64,000 nt of DNA from Candidatus Bathyarchaeota archaeon (GCA_963777155.1 CAVZPM010000002.1:11658-75657), one strand, 5' to 3'; positions 51,052 to 62,396 are shown, counted from the stretch's first letter. Notes: generated from the letters alone by a model not told the origin. Numbers and translations: made by a program.

Positions 51052-51264
51052 ATGGAAGGAACAAGAAAAAGATCGCTCGCTAAGACCGTACTTTGGCGAG
51101 TGATTTGTATTGTTGTAAGTATTGTTACAACTTTTGCCTTTACTGGTAAATGGGACCTTGCTGTTGCCGTGGGCACCGTTTACAATGTAATAACGATGGT
51201 TCTATACTATTTTCATGAAAGGCTTTGGAATAGAATAAAATGGGGATGTAAACCCACCAAATAG
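51052..51264 (+). CDS. DUF2061 small membrane protein
   Basis: RSLAKTVLWR...YYFHERLWNRIKWG signature. Confidence 0.9.
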   Translation: MEGTRKRSLAKTVLWRVICIVVSIVTTFAFTGKWDLAVAVGTVYNVITMVLYYFHERLWNRIKWGCKPTK

Positions 51265-51285
51265 AGCGATAGGATGAAGCTCTGG

Positions 51286-52275
51286 TCATTCTGTATGGAA
51301 ACAGGCGACGAGGTGATTCTTTGTTACTTCTATTAAAGGTGGCTTCTGTTCTGTGCATTCTTTAGTTGCTTTGGAACATCGGGGGTTAAAACGACAACCC
51401 TTTGGTGGATTAATTGGGCTTGGAACCTCTCCCTTCAGTTTTGCTCTTATGTTCTTTGCTTTGGGATCTGGAATAGGTACAGCTTCAATTAATGCTTGGG
51501 TGTAGGGATGCAATGGGTTATCGAATAATTCATCAGTTTCTGCTTGCTCGACTATTTGGCCAAGGTACATAACGGCTACGCGTTGGCTTATTTGTCGTAC
51601 AGAGCTCAAGTCATGGGAGATGTAGAGGATCGATAACCCCATGGTTTTTTGAAGATCAGCCATCAAATTCAGTATCTGAGCGCGAATCGAAACGTCTAAA
51701 GACGAGACGGGTTCATCAGCAATGATGAATTCTGGCTCGACTGCAAGAGCTCTTGCAATACAGATTCTTTGTCGTTGCCCACCACTAAATTCATGCGGAT
51801 ACCTTTCTGCATGGTATTCCTCCAACCCCACAAGTTCCAAGAGATCGTAAACACGCTCACAACGTTTCTCTTTGGGAAGGTGACCATGAATAACGAAGGG
51901 TTCCGAGACAATATCACAAACCGTCATTCTCGGGTCAAGAGAGCCATAGGGGTTTTGGAAAATCATTTGGAGCTTTCGCCTGATTTTCAGTTTTTCCTGC
52001 TTGTCCGCAGAGCGGAATTTCTGGAAAATATTTTCGCCGTCAACATAAACTTCACCCGACGTAGGTTCTATAAGGTTGAGTATTACACGTGCAGTAGTTG
52101 TCTTGCCGCAGCCACTTTCGCCAACCAGGGCAAATGTTTCTTGTTTTCTTATATCAAATGATACATCATCTACCGCATGTACCTGACCAACTTGCTTTTT
52201 TGTCAATACGCCCGTTGAGTAAACGGGGAAGTATTTAACGAGGTGTTTGACTTCAAGGTAGCTTTCATTTGTCAT
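51286..52275 (-). CDS. oppF: Oligopeptide/dipeptide ABC transporter ATP-binding protein (OppF/DppF)
   Basis: GESGCGKT, FSGGQRQR, DEPVSSLD, HPYT, GCRFNPRC. Confidence 0.93.
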   Translation of the reverse strand: MTNESYLEVKHLVKYFPVYSTGVLTKKQVGQVHAVDDVSFDIRKQETFALVGESGCGKTTTARVILNLIEPTSGEVYVDGENIFQKFRSADKQEKLKIRRKLQMIFQNPYGSLDPRMTVCDIVSEPFVIHGHLPKEKRCERVYDLLELVGLEEYHAERYPHEFSGGQRQRICIARALAVEPEFIIADEPVSSLDVSIRAQILNLMADLQKTMGLSILYISHDLSSVRQISQRVAVMYLGQIVEQAETDELFDNPLHPYTQALIEAVPIPDPKAKNIRAKLKGEVPSPINPPKGCRFNPRCSKATKECTEQKPPLIEVTKNHLVACFHTE

Positions 52276-53266
52276 GGGTAGCGATTTCTCCTTTGAGGGA
52301 TAGTTCCTTCCAGTGGTAGCAAGCGACGAAGTGGTCGTGTCCAACTTCTTCAAGGGCTGGTTGCTCTTTTTCACATGTGACGTCAGCGTATTCGCATCTT
52401 GGATGGAAACGGCAGCCTGAGGGAGGTTCTATAAGGTTTGGTATGTTTCCTGGAATAATTCGTAATGTTTTCTTCTTGTCCAGACGGGGAATAGCCGCCA
52501 ACAGAACCGCAGTATAGGGATGTCTGGGATTCTCGTAGAGGTCTTCTGTTTTTGCGATCTCGCAGACCCTTCCCGCATACATGACAACTACGCGAGTTGT
52601 CATCTTTGCGATGATTCCCATGTCATGAGTAATCATCACGAGCGACATGCCCATTTTCTGCTTAAGATCTTCAAGGAGGTCTAATACTTGTGCTTGAATG
52701 GTTACGTCGAGTGCCGTTGTGGGTTCATCTGCAAAGAGAAGTTTTGGCTGAAGCGCCAATGCTCTCGCGATTGCTACTCTCTGTTTCATGCCTCCGCTAA
52801 ATTGATGGGGGTATTCACGCATCCTTATTTCTGGGTCTGGAATACCCACGAGTGTTAAGAGTTCAACTATTCTCTTGTGGCACTCTTCTTTTGTCATTTT
52901 TTCGTGAGCAAGCAGGACATCTTTGAGTTGTGTTTCAACCTTGTACAGAGGATTTAAAGACGAAGAAGGGTCTTGGAATATTATCGACATCTCGGTTCCC
53001 CGAAGGGGTAACATTTGTTTTTCAGTTTTTCCGACGAGGTTTTCTCCTCTGAATTCAATCTTGCCCCCAACTATTTTTCCTGGCTTCGGAACTATCCCTA
53101 GAACTGAGAAAGCAGTGACTGTTTTTCCCGACCCCGATTCACCTACAAGCCCCAGAGACTCGCCCAACCTAATTTCAAAAGAGACGTCATCGATGGCTTT
53201 GACGATTCCCGCTTCAGTGAAAAAGTAAGTCTTTAACCCGTCGATTTTCAGCAGCGTTTCAGTCAT
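52265..53266 (-). CDS. oppD: Oligopeptide/dipeptide ABC transporter ATP-binding protein (OppD/DppD)
   Basis: GESGSGKT, YPHQFSGGMKQR, DEPTTALD, GCRFHPRC. Confidence 0.93.
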   Translation of the reverse strand: MTETLLKIDGLKTYFFTEAGIVKAIDDVSFEIRLGESLGLVGESGSGKTVTAFSVLGIVPKPGKIVGGKIEFRGENLVGKTEKQMLPLRGTEMSIIFQDPSSSLNPLYKVETQLKDVLLAHEKMTKEECHKRIVELLTLVGIPDPEIRMREYPHQFSGGMKQRVAIARALALQPKLLFADEPTTALDVTIQAQVLDLLEDLKQKMGMSLVMITHDMGIIAKMTTRVVVMYAGRVCEIAKTEDLYENPRHPYTAVLLAAIPRLDKKKTLRIIPGNIPNLIEPPSGCRFHPRCEYADVTCEKEQPALEEVGHDHFVACYHWKELSLKGEIATHDK

Positions 53267-53278
53267 TGTATGTTCTCC

Positions 53279-54232
53279 TTAATCTCTTAGCCTTGGGTTT
53301 AAGGCGTCTGACAGCCCATCGCCCAGTAGGTTGAAGGCAAAAACAGTTATTAGAATTGCGAGACCTGGGAACAGTTCAGCCCACCAAACAACTCTCATGT
53401 CGGAGAAATTGCTTTGAAGTATTTGGCCCCAAGTCATAGTATTTACGTCGCCAAATCCTAGGAAACTTACCCCAGCTTCCAGAAGTATCGCATAGGCAAT
53501 TGTCAAACTTGCCACTACGATTATTGATGAAAGAATGTTTGGCAAGATATGTCTAAAAATAATTCGTTTGTTGCTAGCGCCCAACGCTTTTTCGGCTTCA
53601 ACAAAATCAAGTTCACGGACTCGCATGAATTCACCGCGAATCATCCTGGCATCGCCAGGCCAGTTGAAAATAGCTAAGACCAAGATGACAATACTAAGAC
53701 CTATTGGTATGCTAATTCCTGCAAAATCAATTGAAGTACCTATACCAGCGCCTAAAGTTAATACGCGTACAAAAATCAAGATAAACAGTAGAGAGGGAAA
53801 GACTAGGAAAACTTCAGTCACCCGCATTAACACATTGTCTACCCATCCTCCAAAATACCCTGCAACTGCCCCCACTGCGATCGCGATAGCCATTGTAATT
53901 AGAGTTACTACGACACCAACGTAGAGAGCGTATTTTGATCCGTGAAGAATGTCACTTAAAACATCGGTTCCGACGACATCAGTGCCGAAGAGGTATTGTG
54001 CATTGGGAGGAGTACGAACATCACCGTTGTAGAACGGTTTGAGAGCTCCAGGATCTGGAAAAGCTGGATAAGGTGCTAAGAAATCGCCGAAGATGCCTAT
54101 GAAAACGACGCCTAACACGATTATTAAGCCGAAAACGCCGGCTTTGTTTCTTCTGAACCTACGCCAAGCTACAGCCCATTGGCTAGCTGATCTTCGTTTA
54201 GTCGTTTCTCTGGAAGGTTTTTCGCCGGACAT
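53279..54232 (-). CDS. oppC: Peptide ABC transporter permease (OppC/DppC)
   Basis: WRRFRRNK, FGTD, EAA-like loop FVEAEKALGAS, RHILPN, SFLGFG, FNLLGDGL.DALNPR. Confidence 0.93.
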   Translation of the reverse strand: MSGEKPSRETTKRRSASQWAVAWRRFRRNKAGVFGLIIVLGVVFIGIFGDFLAPYPAFPDPGALKPFYNGDVRTPPNAQYLFGTDVVGTDVLSDILHGSKYALYVGVVVTLITMAIAIAVGAVAGYFGGWVDNVLMRVTEVFLVFPSLLFILIFVRVLTLGAGIGTSIDFAGISIPIGLSIVILVLAIFNWPGDARMIRGEFMRVRELDFVEAEKALGASNKRIIFRHILPNILSSIIVVASLTIAYAILLEAGVSFLGFGDVNTMTWGQILQSNFSDMRVVWWAELFPGLAILITVFAFNLLGDGLSDALNPRLRD

Positions 54233-54240
54233 CTTTTTTC

Positions 54241-55290
54241 CTACCTTATCCTGACCCTTGGGTCAATGTAGACGTACAGAATATCCATAACCAAGTTGGC
54301 GACTAACGTCATTGCGGTGATTAGAATAGTTATGGCCATAATCGTTGGAAAGTCTAACCCAAGCGTCGATGCCACATATTGTCGCCCTAATCCTGGCCAA
54401 CTGAAAACGTATTCAGTCATAGGGGCACCTGCAAGCATGCTTCCTAAGGCAATTGCAAGAAAAGTTACGGCAGGGGTAATTGCGTTTCTGAGTGCATAAC
54501 TGTATACCACTTTTCTTTCGCTAAGACCGCTTGCTCTGGCAGCAAGGACATAGTCAGATCGCAAAACCTCCATCATGTTTGCCCTGATCAAACGTATGTT
54601 TTGGGCTAGTGAAACATACACAAGTACAGCGACTGGCATAATGAAATGTGCGATTACATCAAGCGCAGGGTTTCCCCACCATAAAAATCCAGCCGCACCT
54701 TGAGAGCCTGCAGAAGGAAGCCAGCCAAGACTGAAAGAAAATATTATTATCAGGATGAGCCCTAGCCAGAAAGTTGGCATCGAAACACCAAACAATGAGA
54801 AGGATGTTACAGTTAGGTCTTGCTTGGAGTAAGGTTTTTTTGCTGACCGGACTGCAATAGGTATCGAAATGGCGAATGCGACTAAGAGTGAAATGATTTG
54901 CAACTCTATTGTCGGCAAGATCTCTGGTCCGATTAGATTGTTTACTGGTCCCCCACCATAGAGAGATTTTCCAAAATTTAGTTGCAGGACGTTTGCCAGC
55001 CAATTAAGATATTGAATCGGGATTGGCTGGTCTAAACCGTAGTACGCTTTCATTGCGTTGAGAGTTGTTGCATCGATGTTTGGTTTTCCAAGCCTAATTA
55101 AAGAAATAGGATCTCCAGCTGCATACATTGTGATAAATGCAATTATTGAGATTCCGAAGACCACGGGAATCATGTAAAGTAGGCGTCTGATTATGTACCG
55201 AAACATTGGGCTGGAAGCTATGGATCTCAGAACTCTTAGTAGCGTTGAACCTTGATTGCTCTTCAGCATTCCTAGTCCTCGCTTATGCAC
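54241..55290 (-). CDS. oppB: Peptide ABC transporter permease (OppB/DppB)
   Basis: YIIRRL, GLDQP...QY..W, P.FWLG, DYVLAARASGL, FSWPGLG, DPRVR; true start may be 55269. Confidence 0.93.
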   Translation of the reverse strand: MHKRGLGMLKSNQGSTLLRVLRSIASSPMFRYIIRRLLYMIPVVFGISIIAFITMYAAGDPISLIRLGKPNIDATTLNAMKAYYGLDQPIPIQYLNWLANVLQLNFGKSLYGGGPVNNLIGPEILPTIELQIISLLVAFAISIPIAVRSAKKPYSKQDLTVTSFSLFGVSMPTFWLGLILIIIFSFSLGWLPSAGSQGAAGFLWWGNPALDVIAHFIMPVAVLVYVSLAQNIRLIRANMMEVLRSDYVLAARASGLSERKVVYSYALRNAITPAVTFLAIALGSMLAGAPMTEYVFSWPGLGRQYVASTLGLDFPTIMAITILITAMTLVANLVMDILYVYIDPRVRIR

Positions 55291-55435
55291 AACTAATGGG
55301 ATGCTATTGGTTTTAAGGCTTTTCGAGTGATGCTTCGTAAGATAGATAAATTGGAATTTACGAGTTTTAAGGCTATAGCAAGTTTAATATACATAAAACT
55401 CTGAGAAGGAATTCACAGACTTAGAGGAAATCCTT

Positions 55436-57666
55436 ATGTGGTTAAACAAAAAATTCTTAACATTGGTTCTTATAGCAGCTTTAGCAGCATCTATGTTAGC
55501 ACCTTTGGCAGAAATTGTTTCAGCACAGCATGATTCGTTGTTTAGCGTTACTCTTATTGCACCTGGCAACGCAAACCTCCTAAGGCGTCAATGGACACAG
55601 ATTTTCGCAAGCAACCTACAGCAACTGGGCATCGACGCTAAAGTCGTTTACTTGGGCTGGACACCAGTATACGACCGCGTTTTAACTCCCCCTCTTGATA
55701 TGGTTGGCAAAACCTATGATCAAGGCGGATACGACGTATTGGCGCTTGGATGGACACCTGGAACAGTGCCTGAACCTCGCCAAGTCTACTACGGTGGAGA
55801 CGCATCGTTTTTCGCCCCCTCAGGACAGAACTATTATCTCTGGTATAACGGCACGTCAAACACTCTATTAGATAATTTCATTACTTCTACGAGCGACTCG
55901 GAAAAAGCAAGTCTACTAAATCAATGGCAAAAAGTCTACTACGATGATGTACCAGCGTCACAGATAATGTATCAGGCAGCACCAGCCATCGTTAATCCGG
56001 TGATTGGCAACTTATACACTCCTGCAACAGGAGGAGGAGAAGGATGGCTATACTTCAACGCCCAACCTTATCCACAACTCCTCACTAGAAGCGACAGCAA
56101 AACGTCTATAACCTATTGCGCGACTGGGGAAATTCAATCCTTGAACCCGCCAGAATCGAATAGTTGGTATGACACAATCATCTATACACCAATATTCGAT
56201 GGCTTAGCCGAAGTTTGGCCGACAATGAATGGTTTAAGCGACCTTGAGACCCCTGCCCTATTGACATCTTGGAGCCACAGCGATGACGGCTTTACATGGA
56301 CGTTCAATTGCAGACAAGGCGTCACCTGGCATGATGGTCAACCATTCAGCGCCGACGACGTAGTCTTCTCATTATGGTCTTTGATGAACGCTGATACTGG
56401 CTCTCAATTCGTTGGCTACTATCAAAGTGTTTATGGAAACAACGTCAAATTCACATATTCCGATGGCTCTTCCGTTACCTTAGGAGATGGCACCAGACAA
56501 GGCACAATAACTGCAACTGACGAGAACACGGTTGTCGCAACGCTTCCAGTGGTAGCAAATGGAAAACCATACGGCGACTTTGAACCATTCTTGCTGTCGC
56601 TAGCAAACAACATGATCCCAAGACACATCTTCAGCAACATAGCTCCAGCAGACTGGTCAACATCACCATTCAATACAGGTACTGGATCAATGACAATCAA
56701 CGGAGTTACCTATACTGGACCAGTAGGCACTGGACCATACAAGTGGGTAGACTATGACGCAACCGCACAAGTTGTTCACTTACAAAGAAATGACAACTAC
56801 TGGAACGCTACTGGCCTTCAAAATGCTGGTTTATTCCAAATGAAAGACTATTACATCCGGTTCATCGCAGACAAAACATCAGCTTTGGCAGCATTGAAAA
56901 ACGGAGAAGTAGACATGCTTGACTACAACTACCAAATGCAAACCGACATTCCCTCGGTTGACGCATCATGGGGCAAAGTCCTCAACCTGAACGGAGTTGG
57001 CAGACAAGAATTTGGCTACAACATGCAACACCCCGTCTTCGGCACAGGCATTGACACACCAGTGGGCAAAGCTGATGCTTCAAAAGCAACTGAAGCAGCA
57101 AGAGATGTCCGAATAGCCTTTGACTATGCAATTCCACGCGAGAAAATAATCAACAGCCTACTTTCAGGTTACGGAGACCGCAGCAGCCACGCCAATGCTA
57201 CCCTCACAGCCTTACTATGACAGTTCGATAACAGCAAGACCATACGATCTCGACCAAGCAAGACACTATTTGGAATTAGCAGGTTACTCACCACCTGCAG
57301 CTACGGGAGTTGGAGTCGTAAACGTCGCAGGGATCTATAACGACACAAGCGGCAATCCGCTAGCAAATGCAACCATCACTCTGTTCCAAGGAACTGCGAA
57401 AGACACAAGCGCCTTAACTGCAGTTTCACATACCGTCACTGACGAAAATGGATTCTTCAGCTTCGCGGTTAACCCAACATCGGCTGGAACATACTATTAT
57501 TACGTTGCAGAATCTACGAGCGGTCCATATACATACCTTGAGAGCGACACTGTTGGAGGAACATCGTTATTCAGCAACATGACGCTGATAATGCGCAATA
57601 GTGGTCATTGTGATCATTATCGTGGTTGTAGCTGCACTGTTGTTGTTTAGAAGACGTAAGCATTAG
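55436..57666 (+). CDS. oppA: Peptide ABC transporter substrate-binding protein (family 5) with C-terminal Ig-like domain and TM anchor; two frameshifts
   Basis: Signal peptide, TWHDGQPFSADDVVFS, VGTGPYK, RNDNYW, ALKNGEVD, PYDLDQAR..LELAGY; C-terminal hydrophobic stretch then RRRKH*. Confidence 0.9.
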
Positions 57667-57681
57667 AGAGTCCACTTACCC

Positions 57682-57702
57682 TCTTTTCTTTTTTTATTTT
57701 TT
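57682..57702 (+). terminator. T-rich archaeal terminator after oppA
   Basis: tcttttctttttttatttttt directly downstream of the stop. Confidence 0.55.
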
Positions 57703-57738
57703 TGCTTTCAGCATATGAAACGTAAGATCGCGAAATTA

Positions 57739-58672
57739 TCATTTAGTCAGCAGTACAGGAAGCGTTGCATAATGCACTACATGGTTACCTACGCTTCCTA
57801 AAAGGTGAGCCCAACCTGCCATGACCTCCCTTTCCCAAGACAATGAGATCCGCATCAGCGCGTTCGGCTCTATCAAGAATAACAAATGCAGGGTCTCCAT
57901 CTATCAAGAGTTGTTCAACTTCAAGTCCCTCAAAGACACTTCTAACTTGGTTAAGGATATGATTCCCAACCTCTTTAATTTCTGGACCAAATTTCAGAAG
58001 GGATTTTTCTTGAACGTGAAGTAGAAGGACTTTTGAACCAGCCGCCTTTGCCAACATATATGCTGCTTCGATTGCTCCTTCATCTTTGATTAGATCTTCA
58101 ACACAGAGAAGTATAGTCTTCAATTCTGTTTTTCTTCGTACAATAAGAATTGAGGTCAAGTTGCTCGACGAAACTTTTGCTGCGACACTGCCGAGATGGA
58201 GGTCAAGAGGATTCTCCACATTGCCAGTGTTCCCCATAATAACTAGATCGTATTGGCCAGCTGCAATCTCCTCGATTATTGCATCAGCGACATTTGGGCT
58301 GAAGGTCTTTTTTTGTATGGCAGTTACGCCTTCTCGATTGAATGAAGAAAGGGCTTCAGATAGCAGATTCTCAGCTTTTTCGTTGTAGCCTTCAGTTATC
58401 TCTTTTACAACTGCATCAGGAATCATGTATTCTTCCGTCTTGGGAACGATTATCGTTCTCGGAAACTGTCCAGTTGCTGTGCTTATCGGTGCAAAATTCT
58501 CTCTCGGAACGTAAATTCGTCTGGGTAGACTCAGTAGTTCATTTGAGATCACATGAAAAAGCGTTATTCTAGAATTGAACAGCTTCGATATTGCCAATGC
58601 CATACTTTGAGCAACAACTGATTGAGATGACTCATCGATTGGAAGGAGAATATTGGAGAAATGCTGCTTCAT
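57739..58672 (-). CDS. Universal stress protein, tandem USP domains (frameshift near C-terminus)
   Basis: ILLPID, YDLVIMG, LGSVA, GDPA, ADLIVLG; true end ..VVHYATLPVLLTK* at 57739. Confidence 0.9.
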
Positions 58673-58763
58673 AATTGACCCTGATTTCAAGTGAGTTTTG
58701 GTTACTAATTAACAATTCGACCGCACTGTGTTGTCGGCAAATTCGAAGGATTGTGGAGTCTTC

Positions 58764-59123
58764 TTAGAAACCAACCAGAGAAACAATGATTGATTCGATG
58801 AAAAGTGCAACTGCTAACAGCAAGAATTTGTTCGCTCGCTTTTCACCGTGTCTGAGCGTCTCAATGGACCAGTGTTCTTCTGATTTGGAAATGTATTCCC
58901 TAGCTTTAGTTGGTAGAGCAGAGCTTGAGAACGCCAAAATGCCGCCTATTAAGAAAGCAAGGCCTGTCTCCAGAAACAGTGCCTTTGAGAAGTATGCGAT
59001 CAATAGGCCAGAGTTCCAATTAGATACGACCAATACTGCGAATACTGAGCAGTTTACGATCCAGATTAGAATGTTCAGTTTTATTATCCATTTCAAGAGC
59101 GATGGCCAAGGTGACTGCGCCAT
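58764..59123 (-). CDS. Hypothetical 3-TM membrane protein
   Basis: 119-aa ORF with three hydrophobic segments. Confidence 0.65.
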   Translation of the reverse strand: MAQSPWPSLLKWIIKLNILIWIVNCSVFAVLVVSNWNSGLLIAYFSKALFLETGLAFLIGGILAFSSSALPTKAREYISKSEEHWSIETLRHGEKRANKFLLLAVALFIESIIVSLVGF

Positions 59124-59172
59124 GCAACTTACATACTGATTCTTTGCCTTTATAGTTTATCGGAATGCAAAC

Positions 59173-60315
59173 TCATTCGTACTTCAGTAGGGCGAGGGAG
59201 AAAAACGCATAGATTGCAAAGAAAATACCTGTTACCAAGAAGACGAATGTATAACCTAGATATTGGGCTACAAAGCCTAAGGAAAGTAATGAGGCAAACT
59301 CAGCGATTCTCATAGGAACATGCAACAACCCGATATCTACGCAGAGATTTGTGCTCTCTTTTGACACTTTTAGAACTGTGTGTTCAAAGAAGCCTATGCC
59401 GTATCCGCGAACAAAAGCTAAGATCATTAGACATGTTACAAAGAAAACCGTTGACCCCGCCAAGAATAAAGACGCAACGATGCTCAGTACACTCAAGATT
59501 ATTGCGCGACGATAGTTTAGCGCTTGTTTAAATGTAGCGTAAGTTGCCAAGGCTGATATTACGTTGTACATCATGAACAGTACACCTATTGTGAGGTAAC
59601 TGAAGCGTAGTTGTTGATCCATAAAAGCGGGAAGTAACAAGGTAGTGAGTGGATAGATTGCTAGGCTGTTAAACATGATTGCTATTGAAACTAGCCAAAA
59701 CATTCTGGGGCGCCCTCGGGGATCCAGTGGAGCAAAAACATGAGCGTCTTTTGTGATTGGGATTTTGCTGCTGCTTTTCCACAACATCAGCGCTGGAATT
59801 CCGATGAATAGCGATATGACTGTCAAAGTAGCTATGGTTGAGTTGAAGCCTATTGCGGCGATGCTTAGTCCAGCGACGGCGCTTCCTACCGCGGTTCCTA
59901 ACCAAATGGTCGCGTTGTTCCTTGTTGCTTCGTTTCCTGCTTTCTTGGGCGATAGTTTGTAAATGGCAGTTCTGCTTACAGCCCAGTATGAGGATTCGCG
60001 TAGGCTTTCCAAGATTTTACCAGCTGCAAAAAAAGGCAGTGAAACGGCAAAATAGTAGATGACGCATGAGAGAACCGTTGAGGGCCAATTTATTAGTGTA
60101 AAAACATGTGACCAACCGATGTAATCGGCTATAGCGGCAAAGATCAGCCTAGAAACTAGAAAGACTATGGGTAGGATAGACAGCACCATACCTATCTCTG
60201 CAATGTTGAAGCCCCGTTGAAGAAGCAAGAGAGGAATAAGCAGAGTTAGCGATCCTGAAACTAGGTAGTTTAGCAATGTTATTGCGTTAACCCGAATCAA
60301 CGATTCTGCATCCAA
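59173..60315 (-). CDS. MFS transporter (copy 1)
   Basis: About 12 hydrophobic segments; motif-A-like AAIADYIGW. Confidence 0.85.
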   Translation of the reverse strand: MDAESLIRVNAITLLNYLVSGSLTLLIPLLLLQRGFNIAEIGMVLSILPIVFLVSRLIFAAIADYIGWSHVFTLINWPSTVLSCVIYYFAVSLPFFAAGKILESLRESSYWAVSRTAIYKLSPKKAGNEATRNNATIWLGTAVGSAVAGLSIAAIGFNSTIATLTVISLFIGIPALMLWKSSSKIPITKDAHVFAPLDPRGRPRMFWLVSIAIMFNSLAIYPLTTLLLPAFMDQQLRFSYLTIGVLFMMYNVISALATYATFKQALNYRRAIILSVLSIVASLFLAGSTVFFVTCLMILAFVRGYGIGFFEHTVLKVSKESTNLCVDIGLLHVPMRIAEFASLLSLGFVAQYLGYTFVFLVTGIFFAIYAFFSLALLKYE

Positions 60316-60344
60316 GTCGTCTGCTATTAGAAATGCGTTAATTG

Positions 60345-61232
60345 CTACAGTAATTTACCTTTTGCTATCAGCTGAACCTTTCCACCTACTTGAACTATTA
60401 TTTTCTCTTCAAATTTGTCAGCTTTCAGGTAGAGAATGGAGGGTCTTCTGATTTCAAATCCTTGCTCAACTCTAATGTCTACCTTTGGCGAGTCGAAATA
60501 CTGGTAATATGAGAGGTATGCAGCTAGGCACCCGTTGCCAGAGCCAGTTGCAGGGTCCTCTGGAATGCCGAACGCGTCGACGAAAACTCGAACATTTAGG
60601 TTGTTTTCTTTTCGGTAGGTTTGAGGGCAAAAGACCAAAATTCCCGCTTGGACTTGCCTGGTCAGAGTTGGAAGTAGCGTTTGATTTACCCTGGCTTTTT
60701 TCACTGCATCAAGAGTTCTTAGAGGTACAATGACGAAGGGCAAGCCAGTTGAAACCACTTGAATAGGAAGATTAGGTTCAAACTCTGACGCGCTTAATCC
60801 GAGCAAATTTTGGAATAGCTCTCGAGGAAAAGTCTGGCCAAAGATCGGAGGTATTTGCTTCATCCAACAGATTTCCTCATTTTTCTGCAAGGCTTGCTGG
60901 AATGTTACTTCGATTTTGCCTGATTCTAGGTTAAGAATTATCGTTTGACTTGGATTTTTTGCTAAAAAATGCCTGATAATGAACGCTGATCCTAAAGTTG
61001 GATGCCCGGCAAAGGGTACCTCTATTGAAGGGGTGAAAATGCGGACATCATAACCATTGTTTGTTTTCTTATTGGAAGATTTGATAAAAGCTGTCTCTGA
61101 AAAATGCATTTCGTTTGCTATCTTCTGCATCTCTAAATCAGTTATTTCACTGGCTTTAGTTACAACTGCGAGTTGGTTCCCAGAATACTTGCGCTCTGCA
61201 AACACATCAACGATGTAGAAAGTATTGCTAAC
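60345..61232 (-). CDS. PhzF-family isomerase/epimerase (copy 1)
   Basis: FYIVDVF, GN, FSETAF, RIFTP..EVPFAGHPTLG, EDPATGSG, QG.EI.RPS; the codon matching copy 2's GTG start is GTT, next GTG start is at 61205. Confidence 0.9.
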   Translation of the reverse strand, partial: VSNTFYIVDVFAERKYSGNQLAVVTKASEITDLEMQKIANEMHFSETAFIKSSNKKTNNGYDVRIFTPSIEVPFAGHPTLGSAFIIRHFLAKNPSQTIILNLESGKIEVTFQQALQKNEEICWMKQIPPIFGQTFPRELFQNLLGLSASEFEPNLPIQVVSTGLPFVIVPLRTLDAVKKARVNQTLLPTLTRQVQAGILVFCPQTYRKENNLNVRVFVDAFGIPEDPATGSGNGCLAAYLSYYQYFDSPKVDIRVEQGFEIRRPSILYLKADKFEEKIIVQVGGKVQLIAKGKLL

Positions 61233-61256
61233 CGTTGTCGTCGGAATGTAAACTCA

Positions 61257-62396
61257 TTATTCTTCAGTAGGGCGAGGGAGAAAAACGCGTAGATTGCAAA
61301 GAAAATACCTGTTACCAAGAAGACGAATGTATAACCTGGATATTGGGCTACAAAGCCTAAGGAAAGTAACTGAGGCAAACTGAGCGATTCTCATAGGAAC
61401 ATGCAACAACCCGATATCTACGCAGAGATTTGTGCTCTCTTTTGACACTTTTAGAACTGTGTGTTCAAAGAAGCCTATGCCGTATCCGCGAACAAAAGCT
61501 AAGATCATTAGACATGTTACAAAGAAAACCATTGACCCCGCCAAGAATAAAGACGCAACGATGCTCAGTACACTCAAGATTATTGCGCGACGATAGTTTA
61601 GCGCTTGTTTAAATGTAGCGTAAGTTGCCAAGGCTGATATTACGTTGTACATCATGAACAGTACACCTATTGTGAGGTAACTGAAGCGTAGTTGTTGATC
61701 CATAAAAGCGGGAAGTAACAAGGTAGTGAGTGGATAGATTGCTAGGCTGTTAAACATGATTGCTATTGAAACTAGCCAAAACATTCTGGGGCGCCCTCGG
61801 GGATCCAGTGGAGCAAAAACATGAGCGTCTTTTGTGATTGGGATTTTGTTGCTGCTTTTCCACAACATCAGCGCTGGAATTCCGATGAATAGCGATATGA
61901 CTGTCAAAGTAGCTATGGTTGAGTTGAAGCCTATTGCGGCGATGCTTAGTCCAGCGACGGCGCTTCCTGCCGCGGTTCCTAACCAAATGGTCGCGTTGTT
62001 CCTTGTTGCTTCGTTTCCTGCTTTCTTGGGCGATAGTTTGTAGATGGCAGTTCTGCTTACAGCCCAGTATGAGGATTCGCGTAGGCTTTCCAAGATTTTA
62101 CCAGCTGCAAAAAAAGGCAGTGAAACGGCAAAATAGTAGATGACGCATGAGAGAACCGTTGAGGGCCAATTTATTAGTGTAAAAACATGTGACCAACCGA
62201 TGTAATCGGCTACAGCGGCAAAGATCAGCCTAGAAACTAGAAAGACTATTGGTAGGATAGACAGCACCATACCTATCTCTGCAATGTTGAAGCCCCGTTG
62301 AAGAAGCAAGAGAGGAATAAGCAGAGTTAGCGATCCTGAAACTAGATAGTTTAGCAATGTTATTGTGTTAACCCGAATCAACGATTCTGCATCCAA
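61257..62396 (-). CDS. MFS transporter (copy 2; frameshift near C-terminus)
   Basis: Near-identical to 59173-60315; +1 indel near 61370. Confidence 0.85.
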   Translation of the reverse strand: MDAESLIRVNTITLLNYLVSGSLTLLIPLLLLQRGFNIAEIGMVLSILPIVFLVSRLIFAAVADYIGWSHVFTLINWPSTVLSCVIYYFAVSLPFFAAGKILESLRESSYWAVSRTAIYKLSPKKAGNEATRNNATIWLGTAAGSAVAGLSIAAIGFNSTIATLTVISLFIGIPALMLWKSSNKIPITKDAHVFAPLDPRGRPRMFWLVSIAIMFNSLAIYPLTTLLLPAFMDQQLRFSYLTIGVLFMMYNVISALATYATFKQALNYRRAIILSVLSIVASLFLAGSMVFFVTCLMILAFVRGYGIGFFEHTVLKVSKESTNLCVDIGLLHVPMRIAQFASVTFLRLCSPISRLYIRLLGNRYFLCNLRVFLPRPTEE

